DNA from: a virus
IMG/VR virus record: IMGVR_UViG_3300024261_000007
Span: 32,001-96,000 of that record
Strand: one strand, 5' to 3'
Length of the DNA: 64,000 bases
The number at the start of each line of letters is the position of its first letter. The first letter of the stretch is position 1. A program made the position numbers and the translations under genes. The notes under the pieces are model-generated. The model saw only the letters and a program-made list of their open reading frames with translations, ran no database searches and was not told the origin of the DNA. Positions 21,436 to 31,619 of this stretch are shown here, in pieces.

Positions 21436-22110
21436 ATGGTATTTAAAACTGAAGTCCAATCAAGAAACGGAACTCTTTCCATAAATCAGCAAACTACAAG
21501 TCAAAGAACTAAGTTTGGTCAAAGATTTAGAGATAATCTTGGAGTTGCATCTAATAACCTTTTAGGTGCAAGCGGAATATTTTCAGATAGTCCTATTGGC
21601 GTATTTGGAGCAGGTGACTCTGATGATGCTGCTGCTTTAACTAATAGATCTGATAATACTTTCGGTAGTAATGTTTACGAAGCTTTTTCAAACGTTGTAG
21701 ATGGACCGGTTGATTTATCTGGAGGTTTTGGTTTTTCTGCTACAGAGTTAAGTGATATATCTTTAGATTATAAACATGACAAAAATCCTCTTAAAGATGC
21801 TGCAGATGCGTTAACAACAGGTGAGGCTCATAGTGATGTAGGACATAAAAAGAGATTTCTTGGATTTCCAGATCTTGTTCCTCCAGACATTCATACTGTC
21901 AATACAGAAACAGCAGAAACTGCAACAGCTACTTTGAATAAAGATGCAACTGACAATTTTGGTTCAACAACTCCAGGTTACAGAGTACAAGCAGCAACAA
22001 CTGTCTCTGGTTTAGGCTATTTTGCTGTAGATGGTGAACTAAATCAGACTAATGCCTCTAATCCAGATACTCTTGGTCAATACTTTACGAAAATAGGCTC
22101 ACAAGCATAA
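21436..22110 (+). CDS. Hypothetical head-module protein (possible distant paralog of the next two)
   Basis: AGGAG RBS; FPDL..P and DNFGS motifs. Confidence 0.7.
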   Translation: MVFKTEVQSRNGTLSINQQTTSQRTKFGQRFRDNLGVASNNLLGASGIFSDSPIGVFGAGDSDDAAALTNRSDNTFGSNVYEAFSNVVDGPVDLSGGFGFSATELSDISLDYKHDKNPLKDAADALTTGEAHSDVGHKKRFLGFPDLVPPDIHTVNTETAETATATLNKDATDNFGSTTPGYRVQAATTVSGLGYFAVDGELNQTNASNPDTLGQYFTKIGSQA

Positions 22111-22120
22111 GGTTTTTATT

Positions 22121-22840
22121 ATGACAATAGATATTTCAATTAGAACAAGTAATAGTAACGATAAAGAAAAGCATGGTAACGTTTTTCCAAGTCCTCGAGA
22201 TTCTCCTAATCCAGGAGAAGAAATGGGACAAGCAGATGATGCAAGATTAAATGCTTTATTTGGAACTGAAGAAGATTCTTTTTTTAACTCTGATACAAAC
22301 AGTGCTTTTCTTGTCGCAGTTGCTGCTTTATCTGGGCAGGATCACTATAGAATGGGTAATGATAACGATACTTTTATTTACGATGGCAGTAGCTACTTCG
22401 TCAGAAAGCTTTTAGAGGAAAAAGCTAATGCTCAAACGCAAGAGGAAAAAGACTTAATAGGCTTAAAAATAGCAAAGCTTCAAGAGTCAGCTTACCAAGC
22501 AGATGAAACTGTAACAGAATTTAATCCAAGTAATGAAGCAGAAGACGCAAACTTTAATCCAGACTTTGGTGTTGGTAGTGTATCTTGGAGATATATTGAT
22601 CGATCATCAAATAGTCTAAACGATAAGAGTGACGGAAACGATAATGTTGGAAGTAATCAATATCCTAACTTGACATACCCAATGGCTGCAACAAGTTTTG
22701 ATACAGGAAACATTAATTTAGAAGAAAATGTTGCGTATACAAAAGATCAGCCAAGAAATAATAATTTCGGCTCAGATACTCAAACTGCACATGATAAAAC
22801 TTCTACTGATATGTATAGAATATTACATAAATATGTATAG
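22121..22840 (+). CDS. Hypothetical head-module protein, paralog family A
   Basis: EKHG, FNPDF..SV...YID, PNL.YP and FGSD are shared with 22877..23422. Confidence 0.7.
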   Translation: MTIDISIRTSNSNDKEKHGNVFPSPRDSPNPGEEMGQADDARLNALFGTEEDSFFNSDTNSAFLVAVAALSGQDHYRMGNDNDTFIYDGSSYFVRKLLEEKANAQTQEEKDLIGLKIAKLQESAYQADETVTEFNPSNEAEDANFNPDFGVGSVSWRYIDRSSNSLNDKSDGNDNVGSNQYPNLTYPMAATSFDTGNINLEENVAYTKDQPRNNNFGSDTQTAHDKTSTDMYRILHKYV

Positions 22841-22854
22841 AATATTACATAAAT
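22811..22854 (+). repeat. Perfect 22-bp tandem duplication (atgtatagaatattacataaat x2)
   Basis: Directly visible; spans the stop of 22121..22840. Confidence 0.9.
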
Positions 22855-22876
22855 ACGACTTTTAAAAGGAATTGTT

Positions 22877-23422
22877 ATGTCTATAAGAATTGATCAACCT
22901 GAAAAACATGGTAAAATAAAACTAGATACATCAAACTTGCCTCGTACTCGACGCCAGTCTGGTGAACCTTTAGGTTTAAGCACTCAAAGAACATATAGCA
23001 GATTTCAAGAAAATATGCAACTAAATAGCGTTGACTTAGAATCTAACGAGCAGTTAACTTATGCTTTTTTTAGAGAACGTAATCACTATTATTCGGAAAA
23101 TCCTTTTAATACATACGACAACTTACAAAATCAGTATATTGGTGGAGAAGCAAAACCAGGTGAAGAATTTAATCCAGATTTTTCTTCAAATTCTGTAGGT
23201 TTTAATTATATTGATATTGTTACTCCTTCTAATAGAGGAGCTGCTAATGACGGTGCTAAATCTGATTCAAAAACACCTAATTTAAAATATCCAAACACAG
23301 AAAATAATACAAATCCTTTGTTTGGTACTGAAACTAACAGTCAGTTTGGTAGTGATGAAAAATCTATTTCTACTCCTGTTGAAAACTATCGAATGATAAA
23401 CTCAAGATATGCAGGAAATTAA
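22877..23422 (+). CDS. Hypothetical head-module protein, paralog family A
   Basis: AAGGA RBS; shares motifs with the upstream gene. Confidence 0.7.
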   Translation: MSIRIDQPEKHGKIKLDTSNLPRTRRQSGEPLGLSTQRTYSRFQENMQLNSVDLESNEQLTYAFFRERNHYYSENPFNTYDNLQNQYIGGEAKPGEEFNPDFSSNSVGFNYIDIVTPSNRGAANDGAKSDSKTPNLKYPNTENNTNPLFGTETNSQFGSDEKSISTPVENYRMINSRYAGN

Positions 23423-24184
23423 ATGACTAATATAGGTACGTTGCATGGACCAGTAACTTCTACTTCAAGTGATGGAAACTTAGGCGGTGGTTATGGTAAA
23501 ACTACTAATGGTGGTCTTGGTTCAATGCGTGCCATGTCCGGCAAGGGTGGAATATATCCTGTAGTAACTGATCTTGCAAAAAAGATATTTCTTGGCGAGT
23601 ATGAAGGTGATGCTGAAGAAGATGTTGATCCTCGTTCTGTAAAAAACAGAATAAGAAGAAAAGCTTTTACTTCTGATAATGAAGACACATATGACTTTTA
23701 TAATAAGTATAGTAATGATGTAAGCTCAATGGCAGGACCATATACAAATCAAGTATCAGGTCAACTTGCTGCTTCATACAAGAGAAGTGAAGAAAGATTA
23801 TTAAAAGAGTTTATATCAACTGCTGTAAGAACTATAGTTATGGGCACGATAGGTGATCCTTATCATCCTTCTTCAAGTAGCACTTCCAACATGAATCAAA
23901 TGAATCCTGGTGATCCTTCTATTAAGCAAGGTGGTTATGGTCAAGGTGAAGAAACACCTGATATGTGGCCCTATTCTATTGAAGGTGAGCCTACGACAGA
24001 TGGTGGAGAAACAACAAATAAGCTTGATGATAATATAGTAAAAGAGTTTCCCTTTGAAGACAAGGAGTCTTCGACTTATACTTATTTGAAGCGTACATCT
24101 ACAAAAGAGTATAGCGATATGAAAAATGTTGAAAAACAACAACGAAGATTTCGTTATAATCAAAAAAAACAAAAAATTAAGTGA
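23423..24184 (+). CDS. Low-complexity hypothetical protein (putative core protein)
   Basis: Gly/Ser/Asp-rich; internal RLLKEFI motif. Confidence 0.65.
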   Translation: MTNIGTLHGPVTSTSSDGNLGGGYGKTTNGGLGSMRAMSGKGGIYPVVTDLAKKIFLGEYEGDAEEDVDPRSVKNRIRRKAFTSDNEDTYDFYNKYSNDVSSMAGPYTNQVSGQLAASYKRSEERLLKEFISTAVRTIVMGTIGDPYHPSSSSTSNMNQMNPGDPSIKQGGYGQGEETPDMWPYSIEGEPTTDGGETTNKLDDNIVKEFPFEDKESSTYTYLKRTSTKEYSDMKNVEKQQRRFRYNQKKQKIK

Positions 24185-24227
24185 TATATAAGGTATATAA
24201 AAGAAAAATATATTGTGAGTAAGTATA

Positions 24228-25919
24228 ATGGCAAATAATTTATATGAAGAGGCAATTAACGCTGCTGAGCAGTTAAAAGAAGCTGCTGAAAGTAAAGTTA
24301 AGCAACACTTAATTGAAGCGATGTCGCCTCAAATTAAGCAATTGGTGGAAAAAAGTTTATTAGGTGAAGAGGTAGATGAACTTTCTGTCGTACCTGTAAA
24401 CTCAGGGGAAGAGCCAGAAGACGACGACAAACCAGAAGATGGCAACGACAAACCAGAAGATGGCAAAGACGCTGATGAAAAAGAAGTACTTTCAGATTCA
24501 GAAAATCAAGAAGAATATGGAATGTATGAAGATGAGGATGCTGACTTTTTCTTTGCAGGTAAAAATGAGCAAGTTGAAATTTCAGAAGAATCAGCAAAAA
24601 TATTAAAAAGTATGTTAAGTCATAAAGCTAAAAAGGATGCAACTGCTGAAAGATTAAAAGAGATAAAGTCTGCAATAATATCTTTAAAGCGATCAATTAT
24701 TTTAGCAGAGAGTAGTAATAAAACACAAAAGCATCGTTCTAAATTTGTCTTGGCGTACAAAAATATATTGCGTGAACTAAAAAATATTAAAGAGAGTAAT
24801 ATAATTAAATCAGATAAAACGTTATTAAAAGAATATTTAAGAATATCTAAGGAGATAAATAGCATGTCAACAAGACGCAGATCAAGAAGAAATTATTTAA
24901 ATGAAAGCCTCGACGAACTGCTCGAGATGAATATCTTTGAAGAAGACGAAGACGAAGCTAGCGACGAAGTAGAAGCGGACGCAGAAGTAGAAGCGGATGC
25001 AGAAACTGAAGAAGAAGCTGGTGAAGTTACGGCTGGCATGCTAAAACAAGCTTCTGAAATGTCTTTAGGCGATTTAGTTTCAAAAGCTTTAGATCCCGAA
25101 GGTTCTGATATGCCTTCTGATGATTTTGATCTTGATCTTGGGGATGAAGAATCTGACGAAGAATCTGACGAAGAATCTGAAGAAGAATCTGACGAGAGCA
25201 ATGAGGGTTATCATAGAGAAATCGACGAGATGGATCACAAAGAAATCGACGAGATCGATGAAGGTCCAGATAGTTCTACGAACGAGACTCGTTACGCTAA
25301 GGGAGATCTTTTCTTGGAGATCGACGAAAATATGCTTAAAAATGAAATTACTAAAATGAGAAAACTTCGCGAAGGCGAAGCAACTGAAATGTCATCACAC
25401 TTTGGCGGTGGTGATTTAGATAAAGAAATGTTTGTTGATGTTGACGAAGGCGATCTTAATGTACATTCAGGCAATCTTGGCCGTGAGGATGTACCTATGC
25501 CTAAAGTTGAAGCAGCTCTACGTAAAACAATGCGTAAGAATCGCATGTTAGAGGGCAAGGTACAAGAATATCAGGATGCGGTTCGAGGAATGAAGACGCA
25601 ATTAACAGAGATGAACCTCTTTAACGCTAAGCTTCTCTATGCAAATAAACTTATGCAAAACAGAGGGCTTTCACTTAAACAACAACGCCATATTGTTGAG
25701 TCATTAGACGAAGCTTCTACTATGAACGAGGCAAAACTCTTATTTGAGAGCCTCTCGAAGTCTTTGATGAAACCTGCTCCAAAGGGAAGAAAACTTTCAG
25801 AAGGTGCAAACAGAAGAACTCTTGCTTCGGCATCACGTTCTACAAGAAGCGCGCAAGCTCCTCTTAATGAATCTGTTGCATTGGACCGTTGGGCAACTCT
25901 TGCAGGAATCAAAAAGTAA
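24228..25919 (+). CDS. Prohead scaffolding/core protein
   Basis: Immediately upstream of the capsid gene; acidic repeats, coiled-coil C-terminus LTEMNLFNAKLLYANKL, ends RWATLAGIKK; many LxE sites. Confidence 0.8.
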   Translation: MANNLYEEAINAAEQLKEAAESKVKQHLIEAMSPQIKQLVEKSLLGEEVDELSVVPVNSGEEPEDDDKPEDGNDKPEDGKDADEKEVLSDSENQEEYGMYEDEDADFFFAGKNEQVEISEESAKILKSMLSHKAKKDATAERLKEIKSAIISLKRSIILAESSNKTQKHRSKFVLAYKNILRELKNIKESNIIKSDKTLLKEYLRISKEINSMSTRRRSRRNYLNESLDELLEMNIFEEDEDEASDEVEADAEVEADAETEEEAGEVTAGMLKQASEMSLGDLVSKALDPEGSDMPSDDFDLDLGDEESDEESDEESEEESDESNEGYHREIDEMDHKEIDEIDEGPDSSTNETRYAKGDLFLEIDENMLKNEITKMRKLREGEATEMSSHFGGGDLDKEMFVDVDEGDLNVHSGNLGREDVPMPKVEAALRKTMRKNRMLEGKVQEYQDAVRGMKTQLTEMNLFNAKLLYANKLMQNRGLSLKQQRHIVESLDEASTMNEAKLLFESLSKSLMKPAPKGRKLSEGANRRTLASASRSTRSAQAPLNESVALDRWATLAGIKK

Positions 25920-25965
25920 TTGGTTTAAACACAGATTTAATTAGAATAAAAAGGAATATAAATAC

Positions 25966-27942
25966 ATGAGTTTTACACTTAAAACATTAACAGAAGGTAT
26001 TAGAGACCGCCACGTGGGCCAGCAGAACGCTCGCCTCGTTGAGAAATGGTCTCGCACAGGTCTCCTAAGAGGCATGGAAGACACACATCGTGAAAATATG
26101 GCTACTCTTCTTGAGAACCAGGCTGCTCAAGTTCTTCGCGAGAGCAACACAATGGGTGGCGATCAAGTTGGTGGTTTCACTAACATTGCATTCCCAATCG
26201 TTCGCCGCGTATTCGGTGGTTTGGTAGCAAACGAGCTTGTTTCGATTCAACCAATGAGTCTTCCAAGTGGTCTTCTATTCTACCTCGATTATACATATGG
26301 TAATGATGTAGGTGGTTATGGCAAGGGTCAAAGCATCTACGGACAACCAAGCGGCAAGGACATCCAAGCCGGTGCACTTGCAACTGGTGGTCAATACGAC
26401 CTTGCTGGCGCAGGCTTCTCACGTCGTCATGTTAGAGGAACTGAGACAACCGTCGCTCAAAAAGGTCCAGCAGCCGGCGTCGCCGCGAAAGGCGATATAG
26501 GAGCAAATGAGCTATTTATACTTGACGCTGACCGAGGTGCGCCTAACACAGATGTAGCAGCCGCACTCTCTTCACTCGCTGTAATTAGAACTGACAAGCA
26601 ACAAGATCTTAAACTTATACAGTTTGATCCACAATTAATTGATCGCATCGATCAACTAGATGAACCATACGCATTTTTGTTAGTTCACCCTTCAAAATGT
26701 GACCTCGACGGCGCACAGACATTTGACAAGGGCATTGATGCCTCAATGATTAAAGACGTTGCCCTTGTTGCATCTGTTGGTAATGTAGTAGACATGGATG
26801 CAAAGAGTATTTTAAGAATGCCTGCTAAAGAAGTACAGTCAACAAGTCACGAATTTGGTAAAGTAACAAAGCCGGGTGCTGTATTTAATATTCGACGTTT
26901 AAACCAGCTAGGTTATTGGGACGGAACAGTGTTTACACCAAATAGTCTAGCAAGTCTATCTGATGATACTACACGTGTTTTAATGGTTGTAAGAAAAAAT
27001 ATAAAAACTACAAATCTAAATGCAAATCTGGACGACCTTGAACTCTCTTACGTAATGTCTTCATCACAGACAGTTGGCGCTGACAGTGGTGAGGTTGATT
27101 TCGATCCAGCATTCGAGAGTGGAATGCAAGAGCAAGGTGAAGCCATCAGTCCAACAATCCCAGAGATTGATATTAAGATCGAGTCAATTCCTGTGACTGC
27201 ACAGACACGTAAGTTACGTGCACGTTGGAGTCCTGAGTTGGCACAAGACCTTAACGCGTACCACTCAATGGACGCAGAGGTTGAGCTTACCCAGATTCTT
27301 TCAGAGCAAATTGCTCTTGAGATTGACCGTGAGATTCTTGGTGATCTTCTAAGTGGTGCACAAGGTGCAAACTTCTTTTGGAGTCGTTCACCTGGTAAAT
27401 TTGTTAACAAGCGTACTGGTTCTGCTGTTGAGCGTACAAGCACTCTACAACCTGGACCAGCATTTACTGGTACAGTTCGTGAGTGGTATGAGACTCTAAC
27501 TGAGACTGTTATTGACGTAGCAAATGAGATTCACCGTAAGACTCTACGTGGTTCTGCGAACTTCATCGTAGTTTCTCCTGACGTTGCAACTATTCTTGAA
27601 GCATCTGTACTTTACCGCCCAAGCTATAGCATTGACGGTGACGGACAAGTTGGTGCTCCATTCACAATGGGTGCAGAGAAGATTGGTTCACTAAGCAACC
27701 GTTTCACAGTTTACAAAGACCCATACTTCCCACGCAACAAGATTCTTGTTGGATATAAGGGTGGTTCTTACCTCGAGACTGGATTCGTTTACGCTCCATA
27801 TGTTCCATTGATCGTTACTCCTACTATCTTCCAGCCAGAGGATTTCACCCCGCGTAAGGGCGTTATGACTCGTTACGGTAAGAAGATGGTTCGCGCTGAC
27901 TTCTACGGTACAGTTACATGCCTCGACATGAACATTATCTAA
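25966..27942 (+). CDS. gp23: Major capsid protein (T4 gp23-like)
   Basis: FPIVRRVFGGLVANELVSIQPMSLPSGLLFYLD, TRKLRARWSPELAQDLNAYH..DAEVEL, YAPYVPL, FTPRKGVMTRYG; strongly biased codons. Confidence 0.97.
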   Translation: MSFTLKTLTEGIRDRHVGQQNARLVEKWSRTGLLRGMEDTHRENMATLLENQAAQVLRESNTMGGDQVGGFTNIAFPIVRRVFGGLVANELVSIQPMSLPSGLLFYLDYTYGNDVGGYGKGQSIYGQPSGKDIQAGALATGGQYDLAGAGFSRRHVRGTETTVAQKGPAAGVAAKGDIGANELFILDADRGAPNTDVAAALSSLAVIRTDKQQDLKLIQFDPQLIDRIDQLDEPYAFLLVHPSKCDLDGAQTFDKGIDASMIKDVALVASVGNVVDMDAKSILRMPAKEVQSTSHEFGKVTKPGAVFNIRRLNQLGYWDGTVFTPNSLASLSDDTTRVLMVVRKNIKTTNLNANLDDLELSYVMSSSQTVGADSGEVDFDPAFESGMQEQGEAISPTIPEIDIKIESIPVTAQTRKLRARWSPELAQDLNAYHSMDAEVELTQILSEQIALEIDREILGDLLSGAQGANFFWSRSPGKFVNKRTGSAVERTSTLQPGPAFTGTVREWYETLTETVIDVANEIHRKTLRGSANFIVVSPDVATILEASVLYRPSYSIDGDGQVGAPFTMGAEKIGSLSNRFTVYKDPYFPRNKILVGYKGGSYLETGFVYAPYVPLIVTPTIFQPEDFTPRKGVMTRYGKKMVRADFYGTVTCLDMNII

Positions 27943-27978
27943 GGTAAGTTCTAGTGGTTGACACCTTAGGGTGATAAG

Positions 27979-28003
27979 AAGCCAGCTTTTTGCTGGTTTT
28001 TTT
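27979..28003 (+). terminator. Rho-independent terminator after the capsid gene
   Basis: aagccagc-ttttt-gctggttt stem followed by a T run. Confidence 0.85.
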
Positions 28004-28093
28004 GTATTTGTTTAGAGAAGTAACGTTAGTTTTGACTTTTTTAGAAGCTAATATGAATAAGTGTGTTAGGTTAAAAAGTCAAAACAGAGATCA

Positions 28094-31000
28094 TTAAGAT
28101 AACAGCATTTTGATGTATTGTCTAATAAGCGAGTCCATTTGTAACTCTGCTTCTTCTTCTGGCGTATTTGCTCTTAAGCTCGAAGCCTCTTCGGGAAAAG
28201 CCATGGCCATGTGCATTCCTGCATGCTTGCCCATTTTCTGGACCATTTCAAAAGCAATTTCTTTTGAATATCGAGTACCGAACATGCTTTTGTTTGTGTT
28301 GAATTTTCTATCTCTAAACAAATCTTTAAGAGTTTCTCTTACAATTGAAAGTTCTTTGCCGTATAAACTATCACTTCCATCTTCAGAAATACCGATAAAG
28401 TTTTTAAAGAATTTTTTAATCCCGGCAGCTGAATTATAGTTTTGTCCTGATGATAATGTAGCGATTTTTTGCATAACATCTTTAGGCAAAGCTTTATTGT
28501 TTTGAGTAAAGACATCAATTAAAATGTTTATAAACCGTGTATGCAATTCAGTCTTTCCGTAATGTCTTATGACATGATTTAAATGATTTCTTAAAGTATT
28601 TGTTACTTCTTCACTGCATATTATTTGCGTGTTAATTGTTTGAATTGCTGAAGTTGCTAAGCTTTCTTCGTAATTTGATGCGTAACCTGTGTTATCTTTA
28701 GAAAATAATTGTTTTACGAATTCACCAAAATAAGATTTTCTTTTTTCAATGGGTATGAAGTCTAAAAATGTTAGTATTAAAGGTACGACTTTTGCTTGAT
28801 TTTGGCTAATGTAAGAAATATTATTTTTATTGACGCTGTCAATAAAATTTGATGATTCTATGAATATTTTAGACTTATTTTGAATATTTTTTATTATGTT
28901 ATTAATTTGTTCGCCTCTCATAATACGCATGCTGATCTCGTAAAAAGATTCACCAATGACTTTAATCTTCAAAACATCATCTAATAATTTAAAAATCTCG
29001 TAAGTATATTTAAAATCAAAACCCTTTACAGTGTTATCTAAAATAGCTGTGTTGAAAAAATTTCTACATGCTTCTTGCTCTACCATCTCATTGTCATTGT
29101 CAAACATGTTTCCGACAAACTCTGAAATATTTTCTAGTGTCTTTGCGTTTAAGTCTGTAACATTTTTATTGTATACATTTAAGAATGTTATAAAGTTTCC
29201 AAAATAGTCTGCACCTTTAAAACCATCTTTGTATGTAGTCAAATCATTAAATATGCTAAATTGCTCTTGATCATATCGTATATTAAACGGGTTTCCTTCC
29301 ACTATATTGAAAGCAATTAGTTTATATAAAATATACGCGTCTCTATTTTTTAAATAGTCTTTTATTAGTCTGAACGTTTCATGTTCTGATAATATATTAT
29401 TTTTTATCTCTTGATAAGAACTTTTGTCAAGAGATAAAAATCTTCTTTCTTCGTCACTTTTGTCTAGGAATCTTTTTGGGAATCTTGCATCTTCAATTAT
29501 ATATCTTGTCGCAAGATTTAAATCGATGCGCTTTTTTATGTCTTCATTTGGATCTTTGCTTTCTTTTTGTAGTTGATTTATAAACAGATCTGAATATCTA
29601 AAAATTAGACAAGATATAAAAACTTCAGGTCTAAATGAATCTCTTGACAGACCTGAAGATAATCCTCCTGACACTTTGTTTATCGAATTTATACCAAATT
29701 CTGTAATATAAGATTTTATGCCTTGTGAATTCATTAACATATCGTATATTGCTATATTGTTTTTTGTAAGCCCTTCACTTTTGTTGTTAATATTGCAAGG
29801 ATTAACATATACTCTGTAATCATCGCTTTCTAGCGATAGCTTTATTATTCTTTTTAAGTTATTTGCGTTGTTTGTATTGCATGCAATTTCTAAGGCACTT
29901 TTAAACTCATCAAAGTTGAGTTGATAACGATAGTGTTTAAGAAAAGAATACGTCATTTTTTTTTGAATTTCTAAAAAAGCATTAAAATATCTTGGGTGAG
30001 ATCTTTGATTTAGTATTTTGTTTTTTAAATTATTATAAATTTCTTCTCTAGGATACATGCCCTGAGTACGGAAAAAGTCACCAAAATACAACGTCTCAGC
30101 ATCTAAATTATCAAATATATAATAAGCTACACTATCCACAATTACTTCAGCTGCATCTTCTTTAGAGAGCTGTGTCTCTGTGCACATTAACTCATATAAA
30201 CCCATAGTCTGTTCAACGCCTGAAAATGCGAGTGATTGTGAAAAACAATTTTTTAATTCGTTGACATCATTAAGTTTACTAAGTCCTATTACATTATCTT
30301 CAATCTCAGAAATGTTTGATTGTAAGTTAACTTGTTCTGGTAGCTTTGCAATTTCTGTTTTCATTTCATTTGTTATGTATTCATCCAGAAATTCGTCATC
30401 AACATGATTATTGTGAAAGTCACAAGTTTCTTCTACGTCAATAGTTCCGTCAAATCGAACTTTAAGACTAATTGCATAAGCATCTTCACCAAAGTCAGCT
30501 TTTTTTGAATGTGCAACTGCTACATACTGACTTGAATTATAGCTGCTCCAAGTTGATTCTCTTCTATATGTGCACCAAGTCGATTCGCTCGCTCCCAATA
30601 CACTTCCAAGCATATGCTTAAATGCTTTGTAGTTTGTTGGATAAACAATTAACATATTATCGTCTTCATACACTTTTAGCAATGATTCAGCTAACATTTT
30701 CTCAGAAACTACAGATGTCTTTTTATAACCTTTTGCAAATGCCATTCTTTTCATTATAATATTAAAGTCAAAGTTTCCCTTTTCGATCTCATCTTTTTCT
30801 TCTTTTCTTGCAATGTCATAATATACACGCATGTAAAGATCAGCAGCTTTAATACAAGTATCGATATCTACGTCAACAGACTTTTCAACATATTGTATTA
30901 TGCTGTCAAACATCAACAGAACCTTTTTAAATTCAATAAACTCCCCATCAGAATTTTTATGTTTTCTAAGTTGTCGAATTAAAATTTCTTCAGCTTCTTT

Positions 31001-31489
31001 GAGCTTCTTTTTATTTTCTTTTCCTTTAAGTTCTAATAGTTTTGTTACATATACTATTTTTATAATTTCTAAAGCAATGTTTTTCTCTTTTACAGAAGTT
31101 GCCTCGTAAAGTTCAAGTTGATATTCCTTTTCTTTTTCAGATAGTGTAATAGGCGTCAAGTCTTTTTCGTTTACTTTAATACCTTTGCTTTTTCTAATAT
31201 CAACACTTTTTTGTCTATCTTTTTCTTTTGACGCATACTCAGCTTTTAATTTATACAAAAACTCATTTTTTTGCATCGCTGTTAAATATTTTCTTTTTTT
31301 AAATAAATTGTCATCTATTTTGTCGAAAGCTTCTTCAACAGAGCTTATTGTAGGATCACCAATTAATTGAGGTTTTTCTTTGCAAAGCTTGATTAATTTT
31401 TCTAAAAAGTTTTTTGGAGTTAAAACAGCCATCTCGTTTAATAACATACTATTTTTATAGAAAATCTCTTTTAGCGAATATTTTTTCAT
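28094..31489 (-). CDS. Large hypothetical protein (1131 aa) with a TWCT-type domain; putative head-internal protein
   Basis: Long ORF; VYEDDNMLIVYP...STWCT..WSSY motif typical of large-phage proteins; N-terminal SLKEIF..LLNE and C-terminal SLIRQYIKMLL. Confidence 0.75.
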   Translation of the reverse strand: MKKYSLKEIFYKNSMLLNEMAVLTPKNFLEKLIKLCKEKPQLIGDPTISSVEEAFDKIDDNLFKKRKYLTAMQKNEFLYKLKAEYASKEKDRQKSVDIRKSKGIKVNEKDLTPITLSEKEKEYQLELYEATSVKEKNIALEIIKIVYVTKLLELKGKENKKKLKEAEEILIRQLRKHKNSDGEFIEFKKVLLMFDSIIQYVEKSVDVDIDTCIKAADLYMRVYYDIARKEEKDEIEKGNFDFNIIMKRMAFAKGYKKTSVVSEKMLAESLLKVYEDDNMLIVYPTNYKAFKHMLGSVLGASESTWCTYRRESTWSSYNSSQYVAVAHSKKADFGEDAYAISLKVRFDGTIDVEETCDFHNNHVDDEFLDEYITNEMKTEIAKLPEQVNLQSNISEIEDNVIGLSKLNDVNELKNCFSQSLAFSGVEQTMGLYELMCTETQLSKEDAAEVIVDSVAYYIFDNLDAETLYFGDFFRTQGMYPREEIYNNLKNKILNQRSHPRYFNAFLEIQKKMTYSFLKHYRYQLNFDEFKSALEIACNTNNANNLKRIIKLSLESDDYRVYVNPCNINNKSEGLTKNNIAIYDMLMNSQGIKSYITEFGINSINKVSGGLSSGLSRDSFRPEVFISCLIFRYSDLFINQLQKESKDPNEDIKKRIDLNLATRYIIEDARFPKRFLDKSDEERRFLSLDKSSYQEIKNNILSEHETFRLIKDYLKNRDAYILYKLIAFNIVEGNPFNIRYDQEQFSIFNDLTTYKDGFKGADYFGNFITFLNVYNKNVTDLNAKTLENISEFVGNMFDNDNEMVEQEACRNFFNTAILDNTVKGFDFKYTYEIFKLLDDVLKIKVIGESFYEISMRIMRGEQINNIIKNIQNKSKIFIESSNFIDSVNKNNISYISQNQAKVVPLILTFLDFIPIEKRKSYFGEFVKQLFSKDNTGYASNYEESLATSAIQTINTQIICSEEVTNTLRNHLNHVIRHYGKTELHTRFINILIDVFTQNNKALPKDVMQKIATLSSGQNYNSAAGIKKFFKNFIGISEDGSDSLYGKELSIVRETLKDLFRDRKFNTNKSMFGTRYSKEIAFEMVQKMGKHAGMHMAMAFPEEASSLRANTPEEEAELQMDSLIRQYIKMLLS

Positions 31490-31536
31490 TTTATAACCTT
31501 AAGATAATATTTATATTTGCATTATAATCATAATAT

Positions 31537-31562
31537 AAAACCCGCTTCGTGCTGGTTTTTTT
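31537..31562 (+). terminator. Probable terminator (imperfect stem; 3' half identical to the post-capsid terminator)
   Basis: aaaacccgc-ttcgt-gctggttttttt. Confidence 0.55.
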
Positions 31563-31619
31563 GTATTTATTGAAAGAAAAAGATATATATTTATATAGGT
31601 TAAAAAGGACTTATTTTTT

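Noticed and set aside
24418-25260. Short repeats in the scaffold gene as a separate element
   Set aside because: In-frame low-complexity acidic repeats (DKPEDG, EVEADA, EESD), ordinary for scaffolds.
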